Assembly (NCBI GenBank): GCA_003556325.1
Contig: PWRF01000302.1
Span: forward strand, 1-49,526
Direction: 5' to 3'
From: Bacteroidales bacterium
GTDB taxonomy: Bacteria > Bacteroidota > Bacteroidia > Bacteroidales > UBA7960
DNA: 49,526 bases
Shown here: positions 10,409-20,877 of the stretch, piece by piece
Position numbering within the stretch: the first letter of the stretch is position 1
Layout of the letters: every line of letters begins with the position of its first letter
The notes under the pieces: generated by a model
What the model was told of the DNA's origin: nothing
Seen by the model: the letters and a program-made list of their open reading frames with translations, nothing else
Database searches by the model: none
Position numbers and translations under genes: made by a program

Positions 10409-11669
10409 TGCATTTTTCATCGTTTTGATTGCATTTGCCTTTGCTGTGGCCGCTGCGGTCGTGTATTATGTGCTTTGGCATAATGCAGTTGTCCGTACCG
10501 GACCCTCAGATGTAACCATGAAGGTATTTGACCTGTTGCCCCAACCTGTTTTTTTCTTTGACGACAAGGGGTTGATCCGTTATTTCAATACTTACAGCCA
10601 GGAAGTGCTTGGCATTAAACAGGAATACTTTGCGGATCTGCCCATGGAAACTCTTTTCCGGAATGAAGCTGCTATCCGGGCCCTAAAAAAACAAGTTGCC
10701 CTGGCCGGAACAGCAGGCCCGGAAAAACTCTCCCTCAGATCGGCATATGGCGGCAGCATAGTATTCAATCTTTCTTTTTCTGAATTAAAAGGTACCCTGG
10801 GAGATTACTACGGAATTGTTGCATATGGCGAAGACGCCCGTGAGGCCCAAAAGCTCAGAGCTGAAATAGAACGACGTGAAAAAACGGAAAAGAATCTCCT
10901 GGCATTGAGTGATTCACTTGAAGATATGGTTGACCAAAGAACAAAAGAGTTGACAGAGAGCATTGGGGAGGCACAGCGCGAAATGAATGAGAGATTAAAG
11001 AAAGAGGATTTATTACGATCTGCCATTGCAGACATGGAGCATATGCTTGGTGAAGTTCATAACCGGCAAACTAAAAACATGAAATTGATCATTAACATGC
11101 TTAAGGCGGAGCAATGGAAAGGCATAAACCAGGTGGAAAGAAAAAAGATGAAGATACTCTACCACCGGGTTAAAGCCATGCAGAGGGTGTATGAGTATGT
11201 TTTTCTTGAGGGAAAAATGGAACTTGTTGATTTTCAAAGCTTTTTGACTGATATGACAGACAGGTACCAGTCAATCTATTTTGAAGACAAGCCGGTTGCT
11301 ATTACTCTGAATATTGATGACGAAAACCTGCAGATAGACCAGGCTTTTCCTTTTGGTCTTGCTTGCAACGAAATATTCCGGCAAGCCTTTGATATAATTA
11401 AAAGCATCCCCGATCATCATAAACCCGAAGTATTCCTATCATTCAGATATAACAGGTTGTTTAACACGTACCTGTTCAAAGCTATAATTTCCCCGCTCCC
11501 AGATTCTGCCGCTAAGCTCATTAATGAAGACAACTATGACCTGTATCTGGCAAAAATGCTGGTAGAAGATCAGTTAAATGGCAAAATACGCATCAGCTCA
11601 GAAAAAGAGTTTTATTTGAAGATCACCTTTGACAGGCCCAAACAAGTATTGCCCTGGAGGTTGAATTAG
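10383..11669 (+). CDS. PAS-containing histidine-kinase-like protein with degenerate catalytic motifs
   Basis: One TM, PAS, coiled coil and HisKA_2/HATPase-like architecture colinear with the upstream kinase. H-box reads EVHNRQTKN and there is no DxGxG. The GTG start overlaps the upstream gene. Confidence 0.78.
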   Translation: MEILSIQTDAFFIVLIAFAFAVAAAVVYYVLWHNAVVRTGPSDVTMKVFDLLPQPVFFFDDKGLIRYFNTYSQEVLGIKQEYFADLPMETLFRNEAAIRALKKQVALAGTAGPEKLSLRSAYGGSIVFNLSFSELKGTLGDYYGIVAYGEDAREAQKLRAEIERREKTEKNLLALSDSLEDMVDQRTKELTESIGEAQREMNERLKKEDLLRSAIADMEHMLGEVHNRQTKNMKLIINMLKAEQWKGINQVERKKMKILYHRVKAMQRVYEYVFLEGKMELVDFQSFLTDMTDRYQSIYFEDKPVAITLNIDDENLQIDQAFPFGLACNEIFRQAFDIIKSIPDHHKPEVFLSFRYNRLFNTYLFKAIISPLPDSAAKLINEDNYDLYLAKMLVEDQLNGKIRISSEKEFYLKITFDRPKQVLPWRLN

Positions 11670-11718
11670 TGTCATGTCAATGCGACTAAACCGAAGCAGT
11701 AGCAATGACACGACACTA
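11667..11718. repeat. 52-bp imperfect inverted repeat (MITE-like remnant or bidirectional hairpin)
   Basis: Arms TAGTGTCATGTCAATGCGACT and AGTAGCAATGACACGACACTA are 21 bp with 3 mismatches and a 10-nt loop, between convergent genes. Confidence 0.7.
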
Positions 11719-11746
11719 GCCTGAATTACTGGTATGAAAAATAGTG

Positions 11747-13039
11747 TCAGGAGAGGGCGGGGCCTCTTTTTAGTACCTGGTGTCCCACACTGCATTTCAG
11801 GCATTTACGGGGCATGCAGTATTGAATATAAAGTTCTGTCATGCCCTGCGATTCACTTGCGTTGTCAGGAATCCTGCCCAGTTGTTTCCAGATTTTTATT
11901 ACACGGTTTTTTTCCGCTTTTATTTCTGAAAGAAGGTCAAGCCCATGATCCAGGATGTATTGCCTGTGGCGTTCCTTGCCGTAGACAAAAAACAGGGGAG
12001 CCACTGCATTGATCATGATGTTGTCCGCAGCAGCCGCACCCATTTTTTTCCCGGTTTTCTTTGATACGGTATCCAGGCGATAATGAGTATCCCAATAGGA
12101 GTTAACTTTTGCGCGCATTATTTCATACAGCGTTTTTATTTCTTTCATGCCAAGCAATTGTTGAAATAATTTGCCCTGGCTGGCTCGAATCATGGCAGCA
12201 AGTTGTGATATGCGCACATCAGGGAAATTTGCAGGCCTCATCCTGGAATATTTCCAGAGGCGTTCTTCTAATCTTTCCGGCAGCTCATATTTTTTGCATA
12301 AATACTTATATTCGTTTTTCAGTTGCACCGGATACGATTCATGAAAGTCTTTTTCGAGGAGTCCTGCCTGTCCGAACAGCAATGCTTCAAGTGCCATACT
12401 GTTATCGTGGTTTTTTATCAGCAGCCTGTGCGGAGTTCGCTGAATGAGGAGTCCAAAGGTGCTGGCATTTGGTTTCCCGCCAAGATACCTGGCAATAAGA
12501 TACAGACAAAGATGTTCCCAGTCGTTTTCAAAATAATTCAGAAAACGGGCTGCATCGATTGCTTTTCTTTCCAGGCGGCATATCAGCAAACGGTATATCC
12601 AGAGCTTAAAGGTTGAATTATTAACAGTACCCAGAAGTTTTTCACATGGTATAAGGTGTTTATTCTGCATCAGCATCTGGTATCTTGTCTCAAGTTGAGG
12701 GTCTGTATAGTTTTTGAGCACCAGGTGCGGGATAGTACCTCCATTCATTCTTGCTGCTTCCTTATCACATTCATAAACCACATGAAGGATAATGTTGTCA
12801 TACGATTTGTCTGCATGATGTTTATGTATATACCAGTAAGATGACATCACGTGTATTTCAACATTTCCCGCCCATAAGGTCCCGTCTATTCTTATCTGTG
12901 CTGCCAGAAAATCCGGGCCGGCATTGGTGTTCTCATATCCCGGGAAGAGAATTTCCAGCGACTTGCCATCGCTGGTTGCCAGTTTTTTCCTTTGAAGCAG
13001 GCGATGCTTCCAGATGTAAACAAGGAAGTCTTCTTTCAT
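11747..13039 (-). CDS. DUF2851 family protein
   Basis: MKEDFLVYIW start, GPDF, WAGNVEIH, ILHVV, RPANFP and C-terminal CxxxxCLxCxVG. The ATG at 13039 is preferred over the TTG at 13057. Confidence 0.9.
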   Translation of the reverse strand: MKEDFLVYIWKHRLLQRKKLATSDGKSLEILFPGYENTNAGPDFLAAQIRIDGTLWAGNVEIHVMSSYWYIHKHHADKSYDNIILHVVYECDKEAARMNGGTIPHLVLKNYTDPQLETRYQMLMQNKHLIPCEKLLGTVNNSTFKLWIYRLLICRLERKAIDAARFLNYFENDWEHLCLYLIARYLGGKPNASTFGLLIQRTPHRLLIKNHDNSMALEALLFGQAGLLEKDFHESYPVQLKNEYKYLCKKYELPERLEERLWKYSRMRPANFPDVRISQLAAMIRASQGKLFQQLLGMKEIKTLYEIMRAKVNSYWDTHYRLDTVSKKTGKKMGAAAADNIMINAVAPLFFVYGKERHRQYILDHGLDLLSEIKAEKNRVIKIWKQLGRIPDNASESQGMTELYIQYCMPRKCLKCSVGHQVLKRGPALS

Positions 13040-13166
13040 ATAATGTATACTAAACAATTATTTATAAAAATAAAAAATATTATTTTATATACAAAATGTT
13101 TTTTATCCGGTGGTAATTATATAGTATTCTTTTTACAAAAAAACTGGTTTTAGATAATAAAAGTTG

Positions 13167-13174
13167 TATATTTG
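13167..13174 (+). promoter_or_regulatory. -7 promoter box of the zapB-like/zapA operon
   Basis: TATATTTG lies 24 bp before ATG 13198. Confidence 0.6.
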
Positions 13175-13197
13175 TGTTAGTAAAAAATTGTGAATTC

Positions 13198-13482
13198 ATG
13201 GATGAAATCACACTTGCTCTTGAAAACATTGAATACAAGCTGAGGAAGCTGATTGAGCGGAACAGGCATTTACTGCATCGTATCGCGGAGTTGGAAAAGC
13301 TGAATGAACAACTTCATGATGAAATCCGTTTAAAAACAGATGGAAATGCCCGTTTGCGGGAAGAGCTTATAGCGGTGAAATCAGCGAAGTCACTGGAGGG
13401 CATGGATAAATCCATGGCGAAGCAAAAGATCAATGAACTTTTGCGGGAAATCGAAAAATCGACTGTGCTATTAAACAGGTAA
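13198..13482 (+). CDS. coiled-coil protein upstream of zapA (ZapB-like)
   Basis: All-helical heptad pattern with C-terminal KINELLREIEK, in its usual position before zapA. Confidence 0.75.
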   Translation: MDEITLALENIEYKLRKLIERNRHLLHRIAELEKLNEQLHDEIRLKTDGNARLREELIAVKSAKSLEGMDKSMAKQKINELLREIEKSTVLLNR

Positions 13483-13494
13483 GCACTATCGTTT

Positions 13495-13791
13495 ATGAGA
13501 GATCAACTAATATCAGTTATAATTGCAGAGCGTCCTTACAGGCTTACAATACGAAGCGAAGGAGAAGAAGCAATATTCCGGAAGGCCGCCGGTCTTGTAT
13601 CAGAGAAAATGCAGGAGTATGCAAGCAACTTTGCATACAGGGATAAACAAGATCTGTTGGCTATGGTTAACCTGCAATTTGCAGTGGAATATTTACGTTT
13701 AGATAATACAGCCAGGGAGCATCAAAGGATTCTCGAGCGCTTGCAGAAGCTGGAAACGATATTAGATGAAGGTCTTACAGCGATAGGCTGA
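13495..13791 (+). CDS. zapA: cell division protein ZapA
   Basis: ISVIIAERPYRL, EEAIFRKAA and DKQDLLAM motifs; synteny with 6S and rny. Confidence 0.9.
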   Translation: MRDQLISVIIAERPYRLTIRSEGEEAIFRKAAGLVSEKMQEYASNFAYRDKQDLLAMVNLQFAVEYLRLDNTAREHQRILERLQKLETILDEGLTAIG

Positions 13792-13817
13792 TCGTTCTTT
13801 GAAAGATATTTCGATAT

Positions 13818-14023
13818 AACCCGCATTAATTCAAATGCACGTTTTTGAAACTCAACACTATTAACCGAACAGGGTAACGTTTGGGATTTCAAGAACAGGC
13901 CTCAATACTGCCGGTTTTTCCGGCAGTATCCCCGAAAGGGGCAGTGGACGTTCGAGCAATCCCAACTCCCTTAATCATGTATAGCAGGGGTTTCATAAAA
14001 CCTCGTTGAATTAAATGCGGGTT
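13818..14023 (+). ncRNA. ssrS: 6S RNA
   Basis: Rod-like fold: closing stem AACCCGCATTAATTCAA/TTGAATTAAATGCGGGTT, stem TGAAACTC/GGGTTTCA, an unpaired central bubble, then TTGGGATT/AATCCCAA. Typical zapA-6S-rny location, followed by a T-run. Confidence 0.85.
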
Positions 14024-14056
14024 TTTTTTATATATAACCACTAAACCATCTTTGAT

Positions 14057-15616
14057 ATGATCATATTATCCACACCATCTGTTGCCCTGATAGTTATAAT
14101 CGCAGCCATATCCCTTGGCCTTGGCGTACTTATAGCAGGTACCGTCATGCGTAAAACTATCATCCGCAAGAGTCAGCATATCCTGAAGGAAGCTATGACA
14201 GAGTCTGAGGTCCTCAAAAAAGAGAAGATGCTTCAGGCGAAAGAAAAGTTTTTGCAGCTAAAAGCAGAGCATGAAAAGCAAGTATCAGAAAAGAACCAAA
14301 AGCTTGCGGCTGCAGAGAACAAGATCAAGCAACGCGAATCCACATTTTCTCAGAAAATGGAAGATTTGCAGAGGAAACAGAACGAGGTTCAAACGATTAG
14401 GGAAAATCTCAACAGCCAGTTGGAGATCCTGAATAAGAAGCAGACAGAGCTTGACAAAAGCCATAAACAACAGTTGGAGCAGCTCGAGGCGATAAGTGGC
14501 ATGTCAGCCCAGGAAGCAAAAGATCAGCTGGTTGAAGCCCTGAAACAAGAGGCACATATTGATGCCCAGTCTTACATAAAGGAAGTGATGGAAGAAGCCA
14601 AACTTTCTGCGAACATGGAGGCTAAAAAGCTTGTGATCCAGTCGCTGCAACGAACGGCAACCGAGGCGGCCATCGAAAACAGTGTTTCCGTATTCCCTAT
14701 CGAAAGCGATGAGATCAAAGGCAGGATCATCGGTAGAGAAGGAAGGAACATCAGAGCCCTTGAAGCTGCTACCGGAGTTGAGATCATTGTTGACGACACA
14801 CCCGAAGCGATCATTCTCAGCGGATTTGATCCGGTGCGCCGTGAAATTGCCCGCCTGTCGTTGCATAAGCTTGTTACAGACGGCAGGATTCACCCCGCAC
14901 GCATTGAAGAGGTGGTAGCCAAAACGCAGAAACAAATTGACCAGGAGATCATGGACCTCGGCAAACGTACCGCTATCGACCTGGGTATCCATGGTATGCA
15001 TCACGAACTGCTCAGGCTGGTAGGCAAAATGAAATATCGCTCATCGTACGGCCAAAACCTGCTGCAACACTCCAAAGAGGTTGCTAACCTGGCTGCCACT
15101 ATGGCTTCAGAACTTGGGCTTAACCCCAAAATTGCCAAAAGGGCGGCCCTCCTGCACGATATCGGAAAGGTGCCTGACAATGAACCCGAACTGCCACACG
15201 CCGTACTGGGAATGAAACTGGCCGAAAAATACAAGGAGAAACCGGAGGTCTGCAACGCTATCGGATCACACCACGATGAGGTAGAAATGAATAGCCTTAT
15301 ATCTCCTATCATCCAGGTATGCGATGCCATTTCCGGTGCCCGTCCGGGTGCAAGACGCGAAGTGGTTGAATCGTATATCAAACGGTTGAATGATCTTGAA
15401 GAGCTGGCATTGTCCTACCCGGGGGTGGTAAAAACATACGCTATCCAGGCCGGACGCGAACTGCGGGTGATCGTCGGTAGTGAAAAGATCACGGATGCAG
15501 AAGCAGAACAAATATCGCACGACCTGAGCAAAAAGATCCAGACCGAAATGACCTATCCGGGGCAGATAAAGATCACAGTGATCCGGGAAACTAGAGCTGT
15601 GGCTTACGCAAAATAA
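14057..15616 (+). CDS. rny: ribonuclease Y
   Basis: N-terminal TM, coiled coil, KH domain ([13 protein letters not shown]), HD domain (LLHDIGK), AIQAGRE. Confidence 0.97.
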   Translation: MIILSTPSVALIVIIAAISLGLGVLIAGTVMRKTIIRKSQHILKEAMTESEVLKKEKMLQAKEKFLQLKAEHEKQVSEKNQKLAAAENKIKQRESTFSQKMEDLQRKQNEVQTIRENLNSQLEILNKKQTELDKSHKQQLEQLEAISGMSAQEAKDQLVEALKQEAHIDAQSYIKEVMEEAKLSANMEAKKLVIQSLQRTATEAAIENSVSVFPIESDEIKGRIIGREGRNIRALEAATGVEIIVDDTPEAIILSGFDPVRREIARLSLHKLVTDGRIHPARIEEVVAKTQKQIDQEIMDLGKRTAIDLGIHGMHHELLRLVGKMKYRSSYGQNLLQHSKEVANLAATMASELGLNPKIAKRAALLHDIGKVPDNEPELPHAVLGMKLAEKYKEKPEVCNAIGSHHDEVEMNSLISPIIQVCDAISGARPGARREVVESYIKRLNDLEELALSYPGVVKTYAIQAGRELRVIVGSEKITDAEAEQISHDLSKKIQTEMTYPGQIKITVIRETRAVAYAK

Positions 15617-15643
15617 ATAACAGCCCTGAGGGGAGAATATTCC

Positions 15644-15680
15644 AAAAAGCGCCATGTTTAAGCCATGGCGTTTTTTTTTT
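15644..15680 (+). terminator. Rho-independent terminator after rny (possibly bidirectional)
   Basis: AAAAA-GCGCCATG-loop-CATGGCGT followed by a T-run. Confidence 0.85.
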
Positions 15681-15734
15681 CAGAGCCACCAGCAATAGGG
15701 CGGGCCCGCGAAAAAACAAAAGCGGTACTTGAGA

Positions 15735-17942
15735 TCAATCAGTATAATCACCTGATTGATCGCGAAATGTAAAACAAAACCGACTGCCTTTGTTTTTCTC
15801 GCTGGTAACCTCAATCCGGCCATCCAGCAATGATACAAATTCCTTTGTGGTCAGCAGACCTATACCTGTACCCGGTTCACCATCTGTTCCTTCTTGCCGG
15901 TAATTCGATCCCAGATCAAACAAAGCAGCTTGCTTATCCGGCTCGATGCCTATGCCGTTGTCCGCAACGCACACTTCTATAAATTCATTACCCGCTTTTT
16001 TTGCCTCAATGACAATCCGGCCACCCTGAGGCGTAAATTTGACCGCATTGTTGATCAGGTTGGTAAGTATGGAGTTGATGATATTGATATCCGTTCTGAT
16101 CTCCATGGAAGGTACTTTATTGATCACATCGAGATTTTTCTTTCGGATGCTGAAATCAAGCGAAGAAATAACAACTTCAACCTGCCTGTCAAGTGAAAAT
16201 GTGCGGGGAACAACCTGAATGCGGTTTCTTTGCAGGTTTGCCCACTCCAGAAGGTTCACCGTGAAATTATAAGCGTTGTTGCTGGTTTTATTCAGAGAGT
16301 GCAGCATTTCCTTTTTTTCATCCTCACTCATCGTATGAAAATCCTCCTGCAGGATGTTGAGATAACCCATTAAGGCCGTAAACGGCCCTCTCAGATCATG
16401 CGCAACGATGGAAAAGAATTTGTCCTTTGTCCGGTTCAGTTCTTCGAGGTCGTGCTTTTGTTTATCCAACTCCTGGTTTTGTTCTGTAATCCTTAACTGA
16501 TTTTCAATCAGTTGTTGGTGCATAGCTTCCAGTTGATCGTTTTTCTTTTTCAGATTTCGGCGCGACCATAATATGGTAAACAGCAACAAAACAATCAGGA
16601 AAATGGCCACAGTGCTCGCCAGCAGAAAACGTCTTTGGTTTTCAATTACGGCTTCTTTAAGCAGGTTCGATTCAATTAGCATCTTATTTTCGGCCTCAAT
16701 TCTTGAGGTTTCATGTATTATTTTCAGTTCAGATATGCGATTGGTACGCTCTTCTTCCCAGATCTCATTATGAATACTATGCACTTTCTGAAGATGTTCT
16801 AGGGCTTGTAAATAATTACCCTCAATGCTGTCAAGTTTGAACAGGCTATGGTATGCCTCCTTCTTCCGGACAGATGCCTTTCCTTTGGTTGCTAGTTGTA
16901 TGGCCTCCTGAAACAACCTGCGTGCTTCTATGTGGTTTCCGAGTCCCATATATGCATCGCCCCTGGAGGTAAGAACGCCTGCGGCGATTTCATCAATAAT
17001 ATCCTCCGGATAATATTCCTTGGCTTTCTGATGATAATCCAGCGCTTGCTGATAGTTGCCCATAGATGAAAGTATCTTGCCATGATTGTTGTAGTAGACG
17101 TATAAATTGCCCAAATTCTCATTCTTCCTGGCCAGATCAATGGCTGACTGGCTGTACCGCAATGCTTCCTCAAAATCACCAATACGCCAAGCCATAAATG
17201 ATGACAGGTTGTTGTACACAGAAGACCGTACCGGATGATTGGGATGATACCCGATCAGGTAAAGGCTTTTCTCGTAATGATGCAGGGTGCGTTCATTATC
17301 TTTAAGGTTATTGTATATACTGCCAAGAAGATTATGGACGTAAATCAAATCAAAAGTATCCAGCCTGGAATGGCGATATTCGTAAGCTCTTAGCGCATAG
17401 TCAAGGGCGATATGATAATTGTTTTGCCGGTAATAATTGGATGCCAGGGAGTAGTCTGTGTGAGCAATGCCGGCGCTGTCTCCCGCTTCAGCAAATAATA
17501 TCCGGGCCATTGAAAAATAATAGAGGGTGCTGTCTTCCTCCATTCGCATACGAAACAGCGATGCAAGATTCACTGCTGCAGAAGCACGCCTGTTAACAAT
17601 ATCCGGATGATCCAATTGATAAAGGTTGCGGTAATTTACCATAGCGCTGTCGCGATTGCCCCTGTACCAATTGTAGGCGGCACTAATATTAAGCCAGTCG
17701 GCACGCTCAACCGGGTGATCATGCATATCTGCAAGTGCATTGCTTTCACGCAAAAGAATACCCGTAGTATCCAGGTTGTAGAGTAAAAAATCATTTGCAA
17801 GCATGGTTTTGGCATGCAAATGACGTACATCATCTGACGGAAACTGATCTATCTGTTGAAGCAGGCTGTCTTTTTCATTTCCATATGCATTTGCAGACAC
17901 ATAGGTTACAATGCAGAAACAAAACAAGAAATATTTTTTCAT
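15735..17942 (-). CDS. TPR-containing sensor histidine kinase
   Basis: Signal peptide, periplasmic TPR repeats, TM, H-box AHDLRGP, NLINNAVKF, DNGIG and GTGIGL. Confidence 0.92.
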   Translation of the reverse strand: MKKYFLFCFCIVTYVSANAYGNEKDSLLQQIDQFPSDDVRHLHAKTMLANDFLLYNLDTTGILLRESNALADMHDHPVERADWLNISAAYNWYRGNRDSAMVNYRNLYQLDHPDIVNRRASAAVNLASLFRMRMEEDSTLYYFSMARILFAEAGDSAGIAHTDYSLASNYYRQNNYHIALDYALRAYEYRHSRLDTFDLIYVHNLLGSIYNNLKDNERTLHHYEKSLYLIGYHPNHPVRSSVYNNLSSFMAWRIGDFEEALRYSQSAIDLARKNENLGNLYVYYNNHGKILSSMGNYQQALDYHQKAKEYYPEDIIDEIAAGVLTSRGDAYMGLGNHIEARRLFQEAIQLATKGKASVRKKEAYHSLFKLDSIEGNYLQALEHLQKVHSIHNEIWEEERTNRISELKIIHETSRIEAENKMLIESNLLKEAVIENQRRFLLASTVAIFLIVLLLFTILWSRRNLKKKNDQLEAMHQQLIENQLRITEQNQELDKQKHDLEELNRTKDKFFSIVAHDLRGPFTALMGYLNILQEDFHTMSEDEKKEMLHSLNKTSNNAYNFTVNLLEWANLQRNRIQVVPRTFSLDRQVEVVISSLDFSIRKKNLDVINKVPSMEIRTDINIINSILTNLINNAVKFTPQGGRIVIEAKKAGNEFIEVCVADNGIGIEPDKQAALFDLGSNYRQEGTDGEPGTGIGLLTTKEFVSLLDGRIEVTSEKNKGSRFCFTFRDQSGDYTD

Positions 17943-18201
17943 TACAACGTGTTAAAGTGCCGGTTATCTTAATTGATAAAGGTATCTCCAGTTAACACAG
18001 GTCACTTGAACCTTACTGATCCATAAAACTAATATTTTTTTGAACAATGTATTACTTTTTCTGTTTTTTTGATACAAACACGAGCCCTGCTTTGAATAAA
18101 ATGGGCTAAAATTTAGTAACTTAATATCCCGGAGAATCAGTTTTTTTTTGATGCGGATATCAACAAATAACCATTATATTTAAACCTGTTAACCCCTTGC
18201 G

Positions 18202-18687
18202 ATGAAAATCCTGATTTATATCCTGGCTTTCGTTTTAACAACACCCGCTCTTGCGGCAAACAAAATGCATGATGAGGTGGCAGTTATGGATTTTGACACG
18301 TTTGCCCCCATGCTTGAAAAGGAAGATGAACATACCTATGTTGTGAATTTCTGGGCTACCTGGTGTGCTCCCTGTGTGCGTGAGATCCCTTATTTTGAAA
18401 AATTACGCAAGAATTACCAGGATCAAAACCTTCGTGTCATCCTGGTGAGCCTGGATAATCCGGATCATATGGAAAGCCGTGTCATCCCATTTATTGAAAA
18501 CCATAACATAGGAAGCGAGGTCATCCTTTTGGACGACGTAAATGCAAACCGCTGGATCCCCCTTGTAAGCGAAGAATGGAGCGGTGCTATACCGGCAACG
18601 GTCATTTACAATAACTCCTTTCGTGGATTCTATGAGAAAGAGTTTAAATATGACGAACTGGAAGAAATTGTTTTACCTTTATTATAG
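18202..18687 (+). CDS. TlpA/ResA-like thiol-disulfide oxidoreductase
   Basis: Signal peptide; NFWATWCAPC and GAIPAT motifs. Confidence 0.9.
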   Translation: MKILIYILAFVLTTPALAANKMHDEVAVMDFDTFAPMLEKEDEHTYVVNFWATWCAPCVREIPYFEKLRKNYQDQNLRVILVSLDNPDHMESRVIPFIENHNIGSEVILLDDVNANRWIPLVSEEWSGAIPATVIYNNSFRGFYEKEFKYDELEEIVLPLL

Positions 18688-18715
18688 TTTTTTTACAAAC
18701 CAAAACTGAAATGCG

Positions 18716-19318
18716 ATGAAAAAAATGTTCATGTTCTTAATGCTCGCTGCTTTTGGCACAGGAGTATTTGCTGATGGTGTAGGTGTCGGAGACCAGGCCC
18801 CTGGGTTTAACCTGCTTAATGTAGATGGAAACTATGTTTCCCTATCGGATTTTGAAAACGAAAGGGGAGTGGTTGTGATCTTTTCCTGTAATCATTGCCC
18901 ATATGTTGTGGCTTATGAAGACAGGATGATAGAACTGCATAACGAATTTGCACCCCAGGGATTCCCTGTGGTAGCCATCAACCCTAATGACTCCATTGTG
19001 GTGCCTGCCGATTCGTATACAAAGATGATAGAGCGGGCGGAAGAAAAGAACTTCCCTTTTGCCTATCTTCTGGACGCAGATCAGACGGTTTTCCCTCAGT
19101 ACGGAGCTACACGCACACCACATGTTTATCTGCTCGAGAACAAAGGGGAATACTTCGAGGTGGCTTACATTGGTGCAATTGATGACAATTATCGTGATGC
19201 AGCTGCCGTCGAGGAAAAGTATCTCGCCAATGCCATCCAAGCCCTTATGGCAGGAGAACGTCCGGATCCCGAATTTACGCGTGCAATAGGCTGTACCATC
19301 AAAGTACAGGAAAATTAA
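18716..19318 (+). CDS. periplasmic thioredoxin-fold (AhpC/TSA-like) protein
   Basis: APGFNL, CNHCPYV, YGATRTP, YIGAIDD and AIGCTIK motifs. Confidence 0.88.
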   Translation: MKKMFMFLMLAAFGTGVFADGVGVGDQAPGFNLLNVDGNYVSLSDFENERGVVVIFSCNHCPYVVAYEDRMIELHNEFAPQGFPVVAINPNDSIVVPADSYTKMIERAEEKNFPFAYLLDADQTVFPQYGATRTPHVYLLENKGEYFEVAYIGAIDDNYRDAAAVEEKYLANAIQALMAGERPDPEFTRAIGCTIKVQEN

Positions 19319-19390
19319 AAGGATGAGTCCGGGGTTTTTGTTTTTCATTTACCTTTGTGAGCAGCAACAGGTTTTGAAATATATCTATCC

Positions 19391-20122
19391 ATGACAAAGG
19401 AAACCATCCGGATCGAATCCATTGAAAAAAACTACAAGGTAGGACTTGAAATTGTCCGTGCCCTTCGCGGTGTCTCCCTCACGGTTATGCGCAACGAATA
19501 TGTTGCTCTCATGGGGCCATCGGGATCAGGTAAGTCTACCCTGATGAACATACTGGGTTGTTTAGATACCCCAACCACGGGCAGTTACTACCTTAACGAT
19601 AAAGATGTCAGTCAGCTCCGCGATAACGAGCTGGCTGACATTCGCAATAAAGAAATAGGGTTTGTCTTTCAAACCTTTAACCTGTTACCCCGCAGCACCG
19701 CGCTCGACAATGTTGCCCTGCCCCTGATATATGCCGGCCAGACAAAAAATGCACGCAGGGAAAGAGCCTATGAAGTGCTTGACCAGGTTGGCCTGTCGGA
19801 CCGCACTCACCATAAGCCCAATGAGCTTTCGGGCGGTCAGAGACAACGTGTAGCGATGGCCAGGGCCCTCGTAAACAACCCCTCGATAATTCTCGCAGAC
19901 GAACCTACAGGAAACCTCGACACGAAAACGTCTATCGAGATCATGTCCCTGCTTGAAGATATCCATAAAGCCGGCAATACCATCATTCTGGTTACCCACG
20001 AAGAAGATATTGCCAAACATGCCCACAGAATTATTCGCCTGCGCGACGGGCTGGTAGAATCTGATGAAGTGAATGACAATATCAGCACACTCGAACAGGT
20101 GCTGGCAGAAAGAAAGAGCTAG
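19391..20122 (+). CDS. ABC transporter ATP-binding protein (MacB/LolD-like)
   Basis: [27 protein letters not shown] and VTHE motifs; TACCTTTG box at 19350-19357. Confidence 0.93.
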   Translation: MTKETIRIESIEKNYKVGLEIVRALRGVSLTVMRNEYVALMGPSGSGKSTLMNILGCLDTPTTGSYYLNDKDVSQLRDNELADIRNKEIGFVFQTFNLLPRSTALDNVALPLIYAGQTKNARRERAYEVLDQVGLSDRTHHKPNELSGGQRQRVAMARALVNNPSIILADEPTGNLDTKTSIEIMSLLEDIHKAGNTIILVTHEEDIAKHAHRIIRLRDGLVESDEVNDNISTLEQVLAERKS

Positions 20123-20319
20123 GTAATCCTGTCAATAATTCTTAGCCCTTAGGCTTACACGAAATTATTTTGTTTTCGTTTTCCTTTTCGCAGGAAGACC
20201 TCCGAAGCACATCCATCTTCTTACCTGGTAGTTAGTTGTGAGCATGCACCATGCAGCAATTGGCCAGGTAACATAACCCGTATAGTCAAAGTCATTTGTT
20301 GATAAAATCTTTACTTCTT

Positions 20320-20877
20320 ATGAAAGAATGGAAAATATACACCAAAACCGGGGATAAGGGAGAAACTTCCCTGCTCGGGGGAAGGCGTGTGCCAAAACAT
20401 CACCTGAAGATCGAAGCATATGGAACGGCCGATGAATTGAATTCATTCATTGGGCTGCTTCGTGACCAGGACATTTCAGCGCATCATAAGGACCTTCTTC
20501 TCGAGATCCAGGACAGGGTGTTCACCGCAGAATCCCTTTTGGCCTGCGACGACGGTTGCCAGCCAGAGTTCCTTCCCGGCATGCATGATGATGACATCAC
20601 ACTGCTGGAAAAAGAAATAGATAAGATGAATGAAGCACTCCCCGAATTGAAGCATTTTATTCTTCCGGGAGGGCACCCCGCCGTATCCCATGCCCATATA
20701 TGCCGTTGCGTATGCCGGCGTGCCGAACGGATCATTACCCAGCTTGCCGAACACGACAAAGTCGATGAACTGGTGATCCAGTATTTTAACCGCCTGTCGG
20801 ATTTCTTTTTTGTGCTGGCCCGGAAAATTGCCCATGAGAAAGGAGTGCCGGATATTGAGTGGAAAGCCAGAGTATAG
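20320..20877 (+). CDS. ATP:cob(I)alamin adenosyltransferase (PduO type)
   Basis: KIYTKTGDKGET, YGTADELNS, FILPGG, CRRAER and NRLSD motifs. ATG at 20320. Confidence 0.93.
   Translation: MKEWKIYTKTGDKGETSLLGGRRVPKHHLKIEAYGTADELNSFIGLLRDQDISAHHKDLLLEIQDRVFTAESLLACDDGCQPEFLPGMHDDDITLLEKEIDKMNEALPELKHFILPGGHPAVSHAHICRCVCRRAERIITQLAEHDKVDELVIQYFNRLSDFFFVLARKIAHEKGVPDIEWKARV

Noticed and set aside
15735-17942. Orphan TPR histidine kinase as unusual
   Set aside because: A very common architecture in Bacteroidota, with all catalytic motifs intact.
19391-20122. Orphan ABC ATPase as a novel system
   Set aside because: Stand-alone MacB/LolD-like ATPases are common in Bacteroidota and permeases are usually encoded elsewhere.
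20123-20319. Cobalamin riboswitch upstream of the adenosyltransferase (CAGGAAGACCT resembles a B12 box; hairpin at 20221-20271)
   Set aside because: The other core motifs (GGGAA, GCCCCC, GCCACTG) and the upstream helices are absent.
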